Under the pieces are notes generated by a model. It was not told where the DNA came from. It did no database searches and worked only from the letters and a program-made list of their open reading frames with translations. 64,000 nt of DNA, taken from IMG/VR virus record IMGVR_UViG_3300028888_000051, positions 163,384 to 227,383 of that record. One strand, given 5' to 3'. The translations under genes and the position numbers were made by a program. This stretch comes from a virus (lineage: Duplodnaviria > Heunggongvirae > Uroviricota > Caudoviricetes). Positions 30,164 to 40,407 of the stretch are shown piece by piece (within the stretch, counting starts at the first letter, position 1; each line of letters begins with the position of its first letter).

Positions 30164-30453
30164 ATCTTAAATCCTAGTATCACTTGCCTCTTAGTTTGCT
30201 TGTTCAACTATTTTCATCAATAAAGATTAACTTTATATAGAACTATTTAAAATTAATGTAAAGCCTTAAGTTAAAAAAACTATATTTTGTAAATAGTTAT
30301 CTAGAAACAAACTCTTATATATTTCTAAATAAAAATAAGTTCTATAAATCAATGATTAATTTATTTAATTTCAATTTATTCATAGCTAAAAATTTATTTA
30401 TTATAAAATAATTAGTTAAATATAACTTTAACTTAAAGGATAAAATAATTACC

Positions 30454-31914
30454 ATGAGTACTACTGATACAGATGTTCAAAATTTAGTTGTTAATAAACT
30501 TACTCTTTCAAAATATACAGAATTAAAAAAAGCGGGTACAGTAAGTGCAACTGAATCTTATGAAATTACAGATATTGATTCAAAGATTTTAGATTTTTAT
30601 GGTACGTGTACTACAGCCGCAGGAACACAAGCTAAGGTAGTTACTTGTCCCGGATTTATTTTACAAGAAGGTATATCAATAAGAGTTAAATTTACAAATA
30701 ATCAAGATTATAATGGTGTACCTACTTTAAACGTTAATGGAACAGGAGCAAAAAATATTGTATCAAAGTCTGGTACAAATGCATTTAGATATTGTTGGAT
30801 GGCAGGTGAAGTTGTTGCTTTTACTTATGATGGTACAAATTGGATTATGCAAGATGGTGGAATTGCAACAACTACATATTATGGTACAACAAGATTACAA
30901 ACTTCTACAACTTCTACTAGTACAAGTTTAGCAGCAACTCCAGCTTCAATAAACAATTTAGTTCAAAATATGATTGAACCATATGATATTTATTCTACTT
31001 CAAGTACTTATGCTATTGGTGATAGAGTAAGATATAATAACAATGCTTGGGAATGTAATACAGCTATTAGTACAGCAGAAGCCTGGACTCAAGCTCATTG
31101 GACAATGTTAGATCCTATCCAAATACAATTGGATGATAAACAAGAAACACTTACTTCTGGTACAAATATAAAAACAATTAATGGTAATTCAATATTAGGT
31201 TCTGGAAATTTAATTATTGAAGGAACTGGAGGTAATGCTACTTGGGGTAGTATTAATGGTACTATTTCTAATCAAACGGACTTAGTTCATTCTGTTGCTG
31301 GAGCAATAAATAGTTATTGTGCAACAAATGGATCAACAAATGATAAACCATACAAAAAAATTGCTGAATGGATATTAACTGGAACATATCAATCAGTTAT
31401 TGTACCTTTTTTATATTGTTTTACAAATGTCGATGCAGCAAGTGCTTTATATTTAGGAAAAATAAATTCAAGGGTTGATGCAACTGCTGGTACTTCAAGT
31501 CAAGCAACTTCGAATATTGTATTGGAAACTTTTCCAATTGATATTCAAAATGAAAAAATTACTTTTTATTTATTATCTAAAAATAATACACCAAGTGCAG
31601 ATAGTGTTACCTATCAATTATGGATTTACATTAATAATACATATAGAGGTGTAGCAATTTTACCATTACGACAAGGAACAGGAGGATCAGGATATAATAT
31701 TTCTAATATTACATGGGGTAATAATTTAGTAGAAGCTAGTGCTTTACCTAGTGAATATGTTGCAAAAAGTCAAACATTAGCTTCTTTACATGCTTTAACT
31801 CCTACCACCAGTGATAATTCTACTAACGTGGCAACAACAGCTTTTGTAAAAAATCAAGGGTATTTATCTACGATGACATATGATTCATCTACAGAAACTT
31901 TAGCTTGGAGTTAA
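30454..31914 (+). CDS. tail fiber protein (T/S/G-rich, 486 aa)
   Basis: composition; C-terminal DNSTNVATTAFVKNQGYL motif shared with downstream fibre genes. Confidence 0.6.
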   Translation: MSTTDTDVQNLVVNKLTLSKYTELKKAGTVSATESYEITDIDSKILDFYGTCTTAAGTQAKVVTCPGFILQEGISIRVKFTNNQDYNGVPTLNVNGTGAKNIVSKSGTNAFRYCWMAGEVVAFTYDGTNWIMQDGGIATTTYYGTTRLQTSTTSTSTSLAATPASINNLVQNMIEPYDIYSTSSTYAIGDRVRYNNNAWECNTAISTAEAWTQAHWTMLDPIQIQLDDKQETLTSGTNIKTINGNSILGSGNLIIEGTGGNATWGSINGTISNQTDLVHSVAGAINSYCATNGSTNDKPYKKIAEWILTGTYQSVIVPFLYCFTNVDAASALYLGKINSRVDATAGTSSQATSNIVLETFPIDIQNEKITFYLLSKNNTPSADSVTYQLWIYINNTYRGVAILPLRQGTGGSGYNISNITWGNNLVEASALPSEYVAKSQTLASLHALTPTTSDNSTNVATTAFVKNQGYLSTMTYDSSTETLAWS

Positions 31915-31921
31915 AATATGA

Positions 31922-33181
31922 ATGTATAAATCAAGTTTTATTGGTATTTTAAGAAATTTACCACAGAATTTTACTCCAAATATCATTTGTGAATCTGCTA
32001 GTACAGAAGTACCTTATATTTTTGATTATACTGCAAATTATACAGATAATAATTGTTGGGATATTACATTAAATGTAAGACAAGATACTACTAATGCTAT
32101 TAATACCTCAACACCAATCTGGGGGCCGTTTACATTTATTATTACTGCAACAAATTATGCTCCCGCAATTTTAACTAGTTCAACGTATGAAGGAGTTTTT
32201 GATATTAAAATGGAACAATATGTTACAAGAATTTTAAATGAAAAAACTAATACTGGATATGTAATAAAAGACACAGAAGCTAGAAATAATATTACTACAT
32301 TAGATAGTAATGCAGTACATAAAACTGGTAATGAAACCATTAGTGGGACTAAGACATTTACCGATTCTATAGCGTCCCACAGTGGAGTTGATGAAACAAG
32401 CAGTTCTGCACAAGAAAAAGACTTTATTAAATTATACGATAATCAAACCAATACCGGATTTATTAGACAATATTGGTCGACAACACAAAACCAATTAAGA
32501 ATTAGAAATTTAGCAAGACACGGTGAAGCTGCAGGGGCTTGGGGAGATATACAGCAGATAATTGATGCTAACGGGAATTATAGAGTAAATATTGATTGTG
32601 CCGGAACATTAACCAATATGGCTCTCACAAGTGCTACAGGTAGCTCAACCGCCACTGATGTACCTACAAAAGGATGGGTAAATAACCCTGCTACAAGTAC
32701 GAATGTCGTGCATAGAACTGGTAATGAAACTATTGGCGGACAAAAAACTTTTACAGCTCAAGTTACTAAAACAAATAGCTCGACTGGAGCAGATACAATT
32801 TTTGTAAATAAAAATACAGCAATAACAAAAGGAACAGCTCCTAGTACAAATGTTGAATCAAGATGGAGATTAACAGATTCTTCTTCTGGAGATAGTAATT
32901 CTGCTTTGATAGCAGGTGTAGATTTTCAATATGATACAAGTAATAGAACATCTGCTTTTTTACAAGTAGGTAAACCAGAAGCAGGTTCAACAAGTACTGC
33001 CCGTATGGGTATTTTTTATCCAGCTACAGGTAATCCATATACAGAAGCTCCAACTCCTGCAACTTCTGATAACTCAACAAAAATAGCAACAACAGCATTT
33101 GTAAATAGTCACATACAGCAAGTAAGTGCACTTCCTGCTTCTCCGCTTTCTAATGTTTTATATGTAATACCAGAGGAATAG
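31922..33181 (+). CDS. tail fiber protein (distal fibre-like)
   Basis: repeated HKTGNETISGTKTFT / HRTGNETIGGQKTFT and APTPATSDNSTKIATTAFVNS motifs. Confidence 0.6.
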   Translation: MYKSSFIGILRNLPQNFTPNIICESASTEVPYIFDYTANYTDNNCWDITLNVRQDTTNAINTSTPIWGPFTFIITATNYAPAILTSSTYEGVFDIKMEQYVTRILNEKTNTGYVIKDTEARNNITTLDSNAVHKTGNETISGTKTFTDSIASHSGVDETSSSAQEKDFIKLYDNQTNTGFIRQYWSTTQNQLRIRNLARHGEAAGAWGDIQQIIDANGNYRVNIDCAGTLTNMALTSATGSSTATDVPTKGWVNNPATSTNVVHRTGNETIGGQKTFTAQVTKTNSSTGADTIFVNKNTAITKGTAPSTNVESRWRLTDSSSGDSNSALIAGVDFQYDTSNRTSAFLQVGKPEAGSTSTARMGIFYPATGNPYTEAPTPATSDNSTKIATTAFVNSHIQQVSALPASPLSNVLYVIPEE

Positions 33182-33184
33182 AAG

Positions 33185-33847
33185 ATGCCAGTATATTTCG
33201 GAAACAGTAATAAAATAAAAGAAATGTATTATGGAAGGACTAAGATAAAAGAAGCTTATTATGGTTCTACGTTAGTTTATAAGAGTACACATTATAAACC
33301 AAATGAGGTAATCTATGAATCATCAACAGCTGGAAGCACTACACTTAATTTATTAGATAATGGTAAATATGAAGTCATTTGTATTGCAGGCGGAGGTGGT
33401 GGTAAGCAATTTAAATATGGTTCTGATATTACTGATCCAATAATTAATTACGGTGGTGGTTCAGGTTCTGGATTTGATTGTATTTTACAATTAACAAGTG
33501 GAAGTTATACAGTGACTGTAGGTGCAGCAGGTGTTAGAAATACGGATCACTCAACAACTTCATCTGGTTCTGGTGGCAATTCACGATTTGGAACATCTTA
33601 TGCTTATGGTGGAGGTGGTGGTAAATATAATGCAGTTGGACCAAAAGGAGAGGCTCCAAGTATAACTTACACAATAATATCTACTACTTTTAATAAAGCC
33701 GGTAATAACGGAACTAGAGATGTTGGTTCGACTGCCGCAGGTGGTGCTTCTGTTTATGATAATACAGCAACCGGCTATGGTGCAGGTGGTAGAAGCAATC
33801 AAAATGGCCATGCAGGTTATGTAAAAGTTATTTATAAAGGAAGTTAA
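33185..33847 (+). CDS. glycine-rich tail-fiber adhesin, gp38-like (tentative)
   Basis: multiple GGGGG/GSGSG glycine-rich motifs separating variable segments; position immediately after distal fibre gene. Confidence 0.45.
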   Translation: MPVYFGNSNKIKEMYYGRTKIKEAYYGSTLVYKSTHYKPNEVIYESSTAGSTTLNLLDNGKYEVICIAGGGGGKQFKYGSDITDPIINYGGGSGSGFDCILQLTSGSYTVTVGAAGVRNTDHSTTSSGSGGNSRFGTSYAYGGGGGKYNAVGPKGEAPSITYTIISTTFNKAGNNGTRDVGSTAAGGASVYDNTATGYGAGGRSNQNGHAGYVKVIYKGS

Positions 33848-33936
33848 ACAATTGTAAAAAAGTATATCAAAAGATTGTGTTTAATATACAAAAAACAGTG
33901 GATAGAAAACTAAAAAGTTTTAAGGATTTTTAATAA

Positions 33937-34911
33937 ATGGCCAATTATGTTAGTAAATTTTTAAATAATGATATAGAATATACATTAAAAGATTCGAACG
34001 CCGTTCATAAAACAGGTGATGAAAGTATTGCAGGTGATAAAACTTTTACTGGGTATATTAAAGGTCAAGCAGCTAATTATACAAACCATGCGATGAAACT
34101 CGGCACTAATGGTGTCGATTATATGGATTTCTATGAGTATGGCGGTTTATGGAATTTCTACAAGTCGAGAAGCGGAACTAATACCCTAGTGGCTAAGATT
34201 GCAGAATTGACAACTTCTACAAATGATGAAACGCTTGCTACCACAAATTGGGTTAATAGTAAAGGCTATGCATTAGATAGCGATGTTGTTAAAACTAGTG
34301 GTAGTCAGACCGTTGACGGGATTAAGAATTTTACAAGTGGTATTAATATAGGTGATTCAACAGAATACAGAGCACAACTTTACAAATTATCTGGAGGTTC
34401 TGGCAACCTTGCACTTGCAATTAATAAACAAGATAATTCTGGTTGGTTATCAAGCATAGTGTTGAATAAAGATGGAACAATCAATATCAATCCAAGCACT
34501 AGCGTAACCGCTCCAACACCTGCAACAAGCGACAACTCTACTAAAATTGCAACAACAGCATTTGTAAATAGTAGAGTACAAAATCTTTCTTGTGATTTTT
34601 CCTCTACTGGAAAAACGACACTATCTTTAGCTCTTAATACCCCATACGCCTTTGCTGTAAGTGGTTATCTAGTTATTACCATAAACGTAAAAGGGCAAAC
34701 AGACCCTACTGTTACTGTGTTAATGTCAAACACCAGTAATGCTTCTTCATCTTCATTTAAAGTGTGTAGTATAAGTAGTAATGGTGGAACGGCAGAACAC
34801 AATAATATACCGTTTTCAATATATGTAGAAAAAGGGCAGAGTATATATCTACATAAAACTGGTGGTGGTTCTGCTACTGTGGAAGACGCTTTTATTTTCG
34901 CAACAAGATAG
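33937..34911 (+). CDS. tail fiber-like protein carrying same repeat motifs
   Basis: AVHKTGDESIAGDKTFTG and APTPATSDNSTKIATTAFVNSR identical to motifs in ORF 31922. Confidence 0.55.
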   Translation: MANYVSKFLNNDIEYTLKDSNAVHKTGDESIAGDKTFTGYIKGQAANYTNHAMKLGTNGVDYMDFYEYGGLWNFYKSRSGTNTLVAKIAELTTSTNDETLATTNWVNSKGYALDSDVVKTSGSQTVDGIKNFTSGINIGDSTEYRAQLYKLSGGSGNLALAINKQDNSGWLSSIVLNKDGTININPSTSVTAPTPATSDNSTKIATTAFVNSRVQNLSCDFSSTGKTTLSLALNTPYAFAVSGYLVITINVKGQTDPTVTVLMSNTSNASSSSFKVCSISSNGGTAEHNNIPFSIYVEKGQSIYLHKTGGGSATVEDAFIFATR

Positions 34912-34921
34912 GAGATTTTAA

Positions 34922-35536
34922 ATGATAGAAGAAATTTTAGAAGAAAAATCACCAAAAGAGCAAGGGGAAGAAAAGCTTGCTAAAATGCTTGAACAACACC
35001 CCGAACTTAAAAACTATGCAAAGTTTATGGTGAATGATGAAGGCGAAATTGTATATAAAGTAATCATAGAGCCTAGTAAATTTGACATCGCCTTTGATGA
35101 TTATTTCTTTTTGAAAAATCACCCAGAAGATGAAAATGCTAAGTTTATTGATGACTTTTATGAATACGTTTACAACCTTGTATCTAAGTGGTGTGAAGAG
35201 AATAAGGATTATACTATTGACTGTTGGCAAAACCACTACACTGTTCGCAAGAGTGATGAGGTTGAAAAAATCCATTATGAGTCTATGAGTGAAGATGAGA
35301 AAAAATCATATGATGAAAGAAAACTACAAGAAAAGATAGATTCTAAACGTGCTGAACGTGATAATTTACTCACTATGGTTGTTGACCCAATTGTTACAAA
35401 TCCACTACGTTGGGAAGAACTTTCAGACGCTGAGAAGTCAAAATATCGTGCTTATCGGTTGTATTTATTAGATATTCCACAGCAAGAGGAATTTCCTGAT
35501 ATTGAGATTAAGTCTTTCGAGGAGTTTAACGCATGA
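34922..35536 (+). CDS. acidic hypothetical protein (204 aa)
   Basis: ATG ORF, ggagat RBS. Confidence 0.5.
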   Translation: MIEEILEEKSPKEQGEEKLAKMLEQHPELKNYAKFMVNDEGEIVYKVIIEPSKFDIAFDDYFFLKNHPEDENAKFIDDFYEYVYNLVSKWCEENKDYTIDCWQNHYTVRKSDEVEKIHYESMSEDEKKSYDERKLQEKIDSKRAERDNLLTMVVDPIVTNPLRWEELSDAEKSKYRAYRLYLLDIPQQEEFPDIEIKSFEEFNA

Positions 35537-36171
35537 TTTGGTTATACAGTATTATAAGTGCACTTACTTTTAGAATAAGAGGCGGGTTAAGAATACTATT
35601 TACAGATAAGAAATTTCCTCTATGCAAATGGTGGTTTGCAACAGCTTTTGCTACATTAGCTTGGTTTTTGAAATATAATAATTTTACTTTTGAAAGTTTT
35701 AATTATTGGTTAGTGTTATTAATAGCAAGTAGATTATCTACACAAATGGCTGGTTGGGGTGAATATTGTGGTTGTGTACTTGGTATAGGCAAACCTAATC
35801 CAGAAAGAAAAGACTTCCCTAAAGTAGATGATTTTCTAGACAATCTTAAATGGGATGCTCATGATATTAAAATATGGAAATGGACAATTCATATTCCAGC
35901 TTTTAATTTATTAGATCATCCTATTTTATTCGGATGGTTAGGCTTATCAGCTAGAGGTTTATATTTATCATTTATTATTGGATTAGCCTTAAATTCTGTA
36001 ATATTTATGCTTTGTGGAATTATGATGGGTACAATTTATTGGTTATGTGGATTATTTGCACGCAAAGTACTAAAGAAAATGGATAAAACAGGATGGAATA
36101 TTTCTGAATGGGTATTTGGAGGTTATCTTGGCTTATTCTTATATATTTGTATTAAAATAACTATATTTTAA
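35533..36171 (+). CDS. integral membrane protein (212 aa, multiple predicted TM segments)
   Basis: hydrophobic W/F/L-rich segments throughout. Confidence 0.5.
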   Translation: MIWLYSIISALTFRIRGGLRILFTDKKFPLCKWWFATAFATLAWFLKYNNFTFESFNYWLVLLIASRLSTQMAGWGEYCGCVLGIGKPNPERKDFPKVDDFLDNLKWDAHDIKIWKWTIHIPAFNLLDHPILFGWLGLSARGLYLSFIIGLALNSVIFMLCGIMMGTIYWLCGLFARKVLKKMDKTGWNISEWVFGGYLGLFLYICIKITIF

Positions 36172-36199
36172 ATCTGTTAGTATTAATTATATATAAAAT

Positions 36200-36236
36200 A
36201 AAAGGTACTCATAGTAAGTACCTTTTATTATTTTTA
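36200..36236. terminator. bidirectional terminator between convergent genes
   Basis: AAAAGGTACT catagta AGTACCTTTT with T-runs on both strands. Confidence 0.75.
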
Positions 36237-36250
36237 TCTATTAAAATTTT

Positions 36251-37018
36251 TTATTTTACACTGTTTATAAATGGAATTGGAGCTGAGCCATAAATATTTA
36301 CTGGTAATTTTCCATCCCATTTTTGTACAGCTTCATAAGCAACTAAATTTTGATTTTTACTTAGGGCTTCAGAACGAATAGCCATTGACTTAGCCTCTGC
36401 TTCAGCAGCAAGAACTTTTTGTTTAGCTTCTTCTTGGACTTCAGCTGTTCTATTCCTTGCTTCTTCAGCCTTTTGTGTTGCTACAACTTTAGCTTCAATT
36501 GCTCTTTCAAAAGCATCTGTATATTCAATATTATTTAAAGAAACTGAACTTATTTTTATATAAAAAGCTGTCAAAGTTGTATTTAAATCTCTTTTAATTT
36601 CATCTGTAGCTTTTTCACGATTAGCAACAAGATTTGCAGCATCCCATTTACCAATCACATCTTTAACAACAGCCTCAGCATTAGGACGTAATACTTTTTC
36701 TTCATAATTTTTACCAATTTCACGATGTAAATTAATAATATTATCTAAATCAAGACGATAATTGAGAGTAATTTTCATATTAGCCGTTTGAATATCTTTT
36801 GTATAGGTCTCTATTTCCATTGTATATTTTTGAGTTTTACCTTCATATTCAATTACATTACCACCAAATGGCATATAAAAATATAAACCTTCTTCTAATG
36901 GCTTTTCTGAAGTAATTTCACCCCACATTGTCTTCAAACCACGATTACCTGTATCAATTTGCTCACCACATCCAGTTAATGAGCAAACAATAAATAAAAC
37001 AGTAAAAATTTTTTTCAT
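36251..37018 (-). CDS. SPFH/band-7 (prohibitin/stomatin-like) lipoprotein
   Basis: lipobox LTGC after signal peptide; SPFH-like core and C-terminal A/E/K-rich helix (ERAIEAKVVATQKAEEARNRTAEVQEEAKQK). Confidence 0.7.
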   Translation of the reverse strand: MKKIFTVLFIVCSLTGCGEQIDTGNRGLKTMWGEITSEKPLEEGLYFYMPFGGNVIEYEGKTQKYTMEIETYTKDIQTANMKITLNYRLDLDNIINLHREIGKNYEEKVLRPNAEAVVKDVIGKWDAANLVANREKATDEIKRDLNTTLTAFYIKISSVSLNNIEYTDAFERAIEAKVVATQKAEEARNRTAEVQEEAKQKVLAAEAEAKSMAIRSEALSKNQNLVAYEAVQKWDGKLPVNIYGSAPIPFINSVK

Positions 37019-37034
37019 TTGTATCCCCTTTAAT

Positions 37035-37229
37035 TTATTTATCTTTTTGTGAATAAAGTTTATTTATTATCTTTTTTCTACCATTACTAGTTAAAAATAA
37101 TATTGGTGAAAAAAGAATAATAAGTAATTTTGTTTTTGGTTTAAACATTCGATTAAATTGCATAATAATTATAAATGCCCATATTGTAATAAAATAAGCA
37201 CATAAAATACGTAAAATTAAAATACTCAT
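37035..37229 (-). CDS. small membrane protein (64 aa, 2 TM)
   Basis: hydrophobic composition; 16 nt downstream of SPFH gene. Confidence 0.4.
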   Translation of the reverse strand: MSILILRILCAYFITIWAFIIIMQFNRMFKPKTKLLIILFSPILFLTSNGRKKIINKLYSQKDK

Positions 37230-37244
37230 TTATTATTTTCTCCT

Positions 37245-37871
37245 TTAAAATCCAGTAGCAACTAAAACTAAAGCATTTTCTTTAACTTCAACTGGTATTT
37301 CACCAATTGTATGATATTTAAGTGTATGTAATTCATAATAAGCATTAAATTTTCTTTCAGCAATTACATGATAACCGTTAATTGTTTCAAATGTTGCTTT
37401 ATAATATTTATCACAAAGATTAATAACTTTATCTAATAAAGCTTTACTTTTACTATCTATATCAAATAACCAATATCTACTCTTTTTATCAGAAGAAGTA
37501 TCTTTCATACAATTACTTGTTAATAATTTTGCATAATTTTTTGCTGAAAATTCAATTCTTTGATTACATAAAGCTGGATCTAATAATTTAGTTATATCAT
37601 CACGTAAAGTAACCATAGATTTAATATATGATTTTCTATCAGTACACATATAAAGTCTACATTTATTATCTTCTATTACTTTTTTCATTTCAGGTATGTA
37701 CCAATATAAATCTTTAATACTAGATATTACCCAAGTTTGTATGATTTTACTTTCTTTTTCTAAATAAATTTTTGGATCATCTTTTCTACGCTTTAAAGCA
37801 ATAAAAAAGTAATAAGAATGACCAATATTGTATTTCATTATGAAATCTAATTTATCAAAGTTATTAATCAT
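37245..37871 (-). CDS. hypothetical protein (208 aa)
   Basis: ORF in tight minus-strand array. Confidence 0.5.
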   Translation of the reverse strand: MINNFDKLDFIMKYNIGHSYYFFIALKRRKDDPKIYLEKESKIIQTWVISSIKDLYWYIPEMKKVIEDNKCRLYMCTDRKSYIKSMVTLRDDITKLLDPALCNQRIEFSAKNYAKLLTSNCMKDTSSDKKSRYWLFDIDSKSKALLDKVINLCDKYYKATFETINGYHVIAERKFNAYYELHTLKYHTIGEIPVEVKENALVLVATGF

Positions 37872-37882
37872 TAAAGGTCTCT

Positions 37883-38470
37883 TTATTGATGGTTTTTAAC
37901 TATTTCATCAGTAACACCATAATCAATTGCTTCTTCTGCTGACATCCAAAAATCACGTTCACAATCTTTTTTAACTTGATTAATATCTTTATTTGTAGCA
38001 TTAGCGATCATTTGCATTAACATATCTTGTAATCTGCTAACTTCTTCTAATGTAATTTTCATATCATGAACATTTGCTTGCATACCACTACTAACAGAAT
38101 GAAGCATATATCTAGCATGAGGCATTATTTTACGCATACCTTTTGTACCAGATAATGCAATCATAGCATCCATAGAGGCAACTTCACCTGATACAATAGT
38201 TGATACAGGACATGAAATCATATTCATAGTATCAATAATCTGTAAACCAGCTGTTACACTTCCACCTGGTCCACTAACAATCATTGTAATAGGTTTATCT
38301 TTATCTTCTGCTTCTAAATATAAAAGTTGAGCAACAACACTTTCGGCTAATTCATCATCAACTTTACCACAACATAAAATTAATCTATCACGAATTAATC
38401 TTGAAGTAATATCAACTTGACGTTCGTTACCATTAGAATCTTTATAAATAACTGATGGAATTCCTATCAT
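37883..38470 (-). CDS. clpP: ATP-dependent Clp protease proteolytic subunit-like serine protease
   Basis: GGSVTAGLQIIDTM, active-site Ser context GEVASMDAMI, His region RYMLHS, ERDFWMSAEEAIDYG. Confidence 0.8.
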   Translation of the reverse strand: MIGIPSVIYKDSNGNERQVDITSRLIRDRLILCCGKVDDELAESVVAQLLYLEAEDKDKPITMIVSGPGGSVTAGLQIIDTMNMISCPVSTIVSGEVASMDAMIALSGTKGMRKIMPHARYMLHSVSSGMQANVHDMKITLEEVSRLQDMLMQMIANATNKDINQVKKDCERDFWMSAEEAIDYGVTDEIVKNHQ

Positions 38471-38491
38471 TTTATATATTTTCCTTTCTTT

Positions 38492-39310
38492 TTAATTTGC
38501 TTTGAAACATCTTTTATTAAAACCTTTAGGCATAAGACCTTTATAAAAATTTTCACCTATGTGAGTTTTTTTACCATGTTTTACTATAGAATCAATTGTA
38601 CCATTTGATATATAATATTCACAAGGTGTTTGTTCATGTGTAACATACATCTTAACTAATTTATGAGTTAAAAATTGCATAGTACTCCAAAGAGATACAC
38701 ATTTATAAACACTTCCGCCGCCTTTACCGGCTTCACGACGAGCTCTGTTTTTAACTCCTCCTGATTCACAAAAGTATTGTACTTTAATTTTCCATTCGCC
38801 TTTTTCATTTAAACTAAATACTTCACCGTCTTCTCGTATTACATATTTAGTTTTTTTACCAACATAGGCTAAAATCGTGTGTTTTAAACCATTTATTGTA
38901 AAGCAATCCACTACACTAATATTATTATATTTTGTAGTTTGATGTCCAGTATATTTATTCAATTTAACGGTTTCTATTTCACCTGTTTCTTTATCAGTTA
39001 TTTTTTTGTTAATAACATATTTAATATCTAATGTATCATGTTCAGTGTTATTAATATCTTTTTTATCTTTTTGATAAATAAGACATGCATATACACCGTT
39101 ATCTATTTCTATATATGAAAAATTAATACGTTTATCCCAAGATGTAATAATTTTTCTTAAATCTTCTAAAAATTGTTCTCGCTCAATCTGAGAAAAAGTT
39201 ATAAAAGATATACCAGGAACTAACCAATCTTTGGAATTAATTTTAATTTCATGAGCAAAAGTATCTTTACCTAAATTAGTTAAAATTAAGTCTCTCAAAT
39301 CTCGTTGCAT
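38492..39310 (-). CDS. hypothetical protein (272 aa)
   Basis: ORF. Confidence 0.5.
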   Translation of the reverse strand: MQRDLRDLILTNLGKDTFAHEIKINSKDWLVPGISFITFSQIEREQFLEDLRKIITSWDKRINFSYIEIDNGVYACLIYQKDKKDINNTEHDTLDIKYVINKKITDKETGEIETVKLNKYTGHQTTKYNNISVVDCFTINGLKHTILAYVGKKTKYVIREDGEVFSLNEKGEWKIKVQYFCESGGVKNRARREAGKGGGSVYKCVSLWSTMQFLTHKLVKMYVTHEQTPCEYYISNGTIDSIVKHGKKTHIGENFYKGLMPKGFNKRCFKAN

Positions 39311-39365
39311 TTAAAATTCCTTTCTTAATTAAATTAAACTATGTATTTAATATAGTATTTAATTT

Positions 39366-39782
39366 TTATTTTGTAAAGCCGTTAAATGTTATTTTATCAT
39401 TTTTATATAGCATTAAATATTGTTGTTTAGCTAATAAAAGATTTTCATTGTCTTCTTCAGTTGCTTGTTTAGTAGAAAGATTAATATTTAATAATTTTTT
39501 AATATTTCTAATATATCTATCTTCTTCCAATCGTAAATTTATCCATCTTTCTTCATCTGTAGAAAAAATACAAACAATTTCATTATCTGTCTTATTATTA
39601 AATCTAACATTTTTTATAAAGCTTAAAGCTCTTTTTATACCAAATATATGTCCTTCAGATTCTTCCGTATTTACTACTCTAAAAGCTGATTGAAAACATA
39701 TTTCATTATTTTCATTAAGCATTACTATACCAACATCATTACTCGTATAATGTTTATTTATTGCTGTATATATTTTTAACAT
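39366..39782 (-). CDS. hypothetical protein (138 aa)
   Basis: ORF. Confidence 0.45.
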   Translation of the reverse strand: MLKIYTAINKHYTSNDVGIVMLNENNEICFQSAFRVVNTEESEGHIFGIKRALSFIKNVRFNNKTDNEIVCIFSTDEERWINLRLEEDRYIRNIKKLLNINLSTKQATEEDNENLLLAKQQYLMLYKNDKITFNGFTK

Positions 39783-39849
39783 ATGATTAATTCCTATAAT
39801 TAATTGATATAATTAATATAAATATATACTTTAGATAGTAAAGCCATTT

Positions 39850-40407
39850 TTAAATATTATTTTCTTGTAATTTAAATAATGTGTAATATTCTATTGGATT
39901 ATCATGACCATAAAAATATAATATATTAAAAGATTTATCTTTTCTTATTCCTTTTAGTCCTTCGTATTTATAGCCATAATAATCTGTTAACTTTTTATCT
40001 ATTTCAGAGGTCATAAGATCATCAGTTAAAACTAAAAAATTTTTTATTATTTTGGCATCAGATAAGTATTCTTTATCTTTAACATAAGAGCTTAAACATA
40101 TCATATAAGCTTCTACTGGAATTTGCATTTGTTGTATTTCTTTTATAATTATTGGATCATTGATTATAAAACTATCAAAATTAACAAATTCTATAGATTC
40201 TTTTAATTTTTTATATGAAGAAGATTCTGCGAGGGCAGTGTCTATCCATGGTTCAGTATCTCCTTTCACACAATTAAACATTTGAAAAGCTACAGAATTT
40301 TTGTAATAACCAACGTCAATCCATTCATAGTCTTTTTGTAAAGGAAAATGTTCTTTTAACCATTTAATGCCATTTAAACCAAAAGTTTTTTCATTTAGAG
40401 AATACAT
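39850..40407 (-). CDS. hypothetical protein (185 aa)
   Basis: ORF. Confidence 0.45.
   Translation of the reverse strand: MYSLNEKTFGLNGIKWLKEHFPLQKDYEWIDVGYYKNSVAFQMFNCVKGDTEPWIDTALAESSSYKKLKESIEFVNFDSFIINDPIIIKEIQQMQIPVEAYMICLSSYVKDKEYLSDAKIIKNFLVLTDDLMTSEIDKKLTDYYGYKYEGLKGIRKDKSFNILYFYGHDNPIEYYTLFKLQENNI

Noticed and set aside
1273-35275. Short ORFs from the six-frame track (1273-1467, 2997-3260, 4376-4672, 5189-5485, 11546-11785, 12355-12555, 12947-13129, 13359-13544, 13771-13959, 14925-15134, 18140-18565, 18624-18962, 19830-20027, 19843-20034, 25244-25432, 30737-30931, 32155-32340, 33581-33811, 34665-34955, 34949-35275)
   Set aside because: Each is embedded in, or antisense to, a longer ORF with recognisable function or better coding context. 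Their translations are low-complexity hydrophobic or poly-Ser sequences typical of AT-rich off-frame reading.
37245-37871. ORF 37245-37871 as archaeo-eukaryotic primase-like (DID ... GYH motifs)
   Set aside because: Only two short motifs (YWLFDID, INGYHVIAE). The protein is shorter than the usual AEP core, so the evidence is insufficient.
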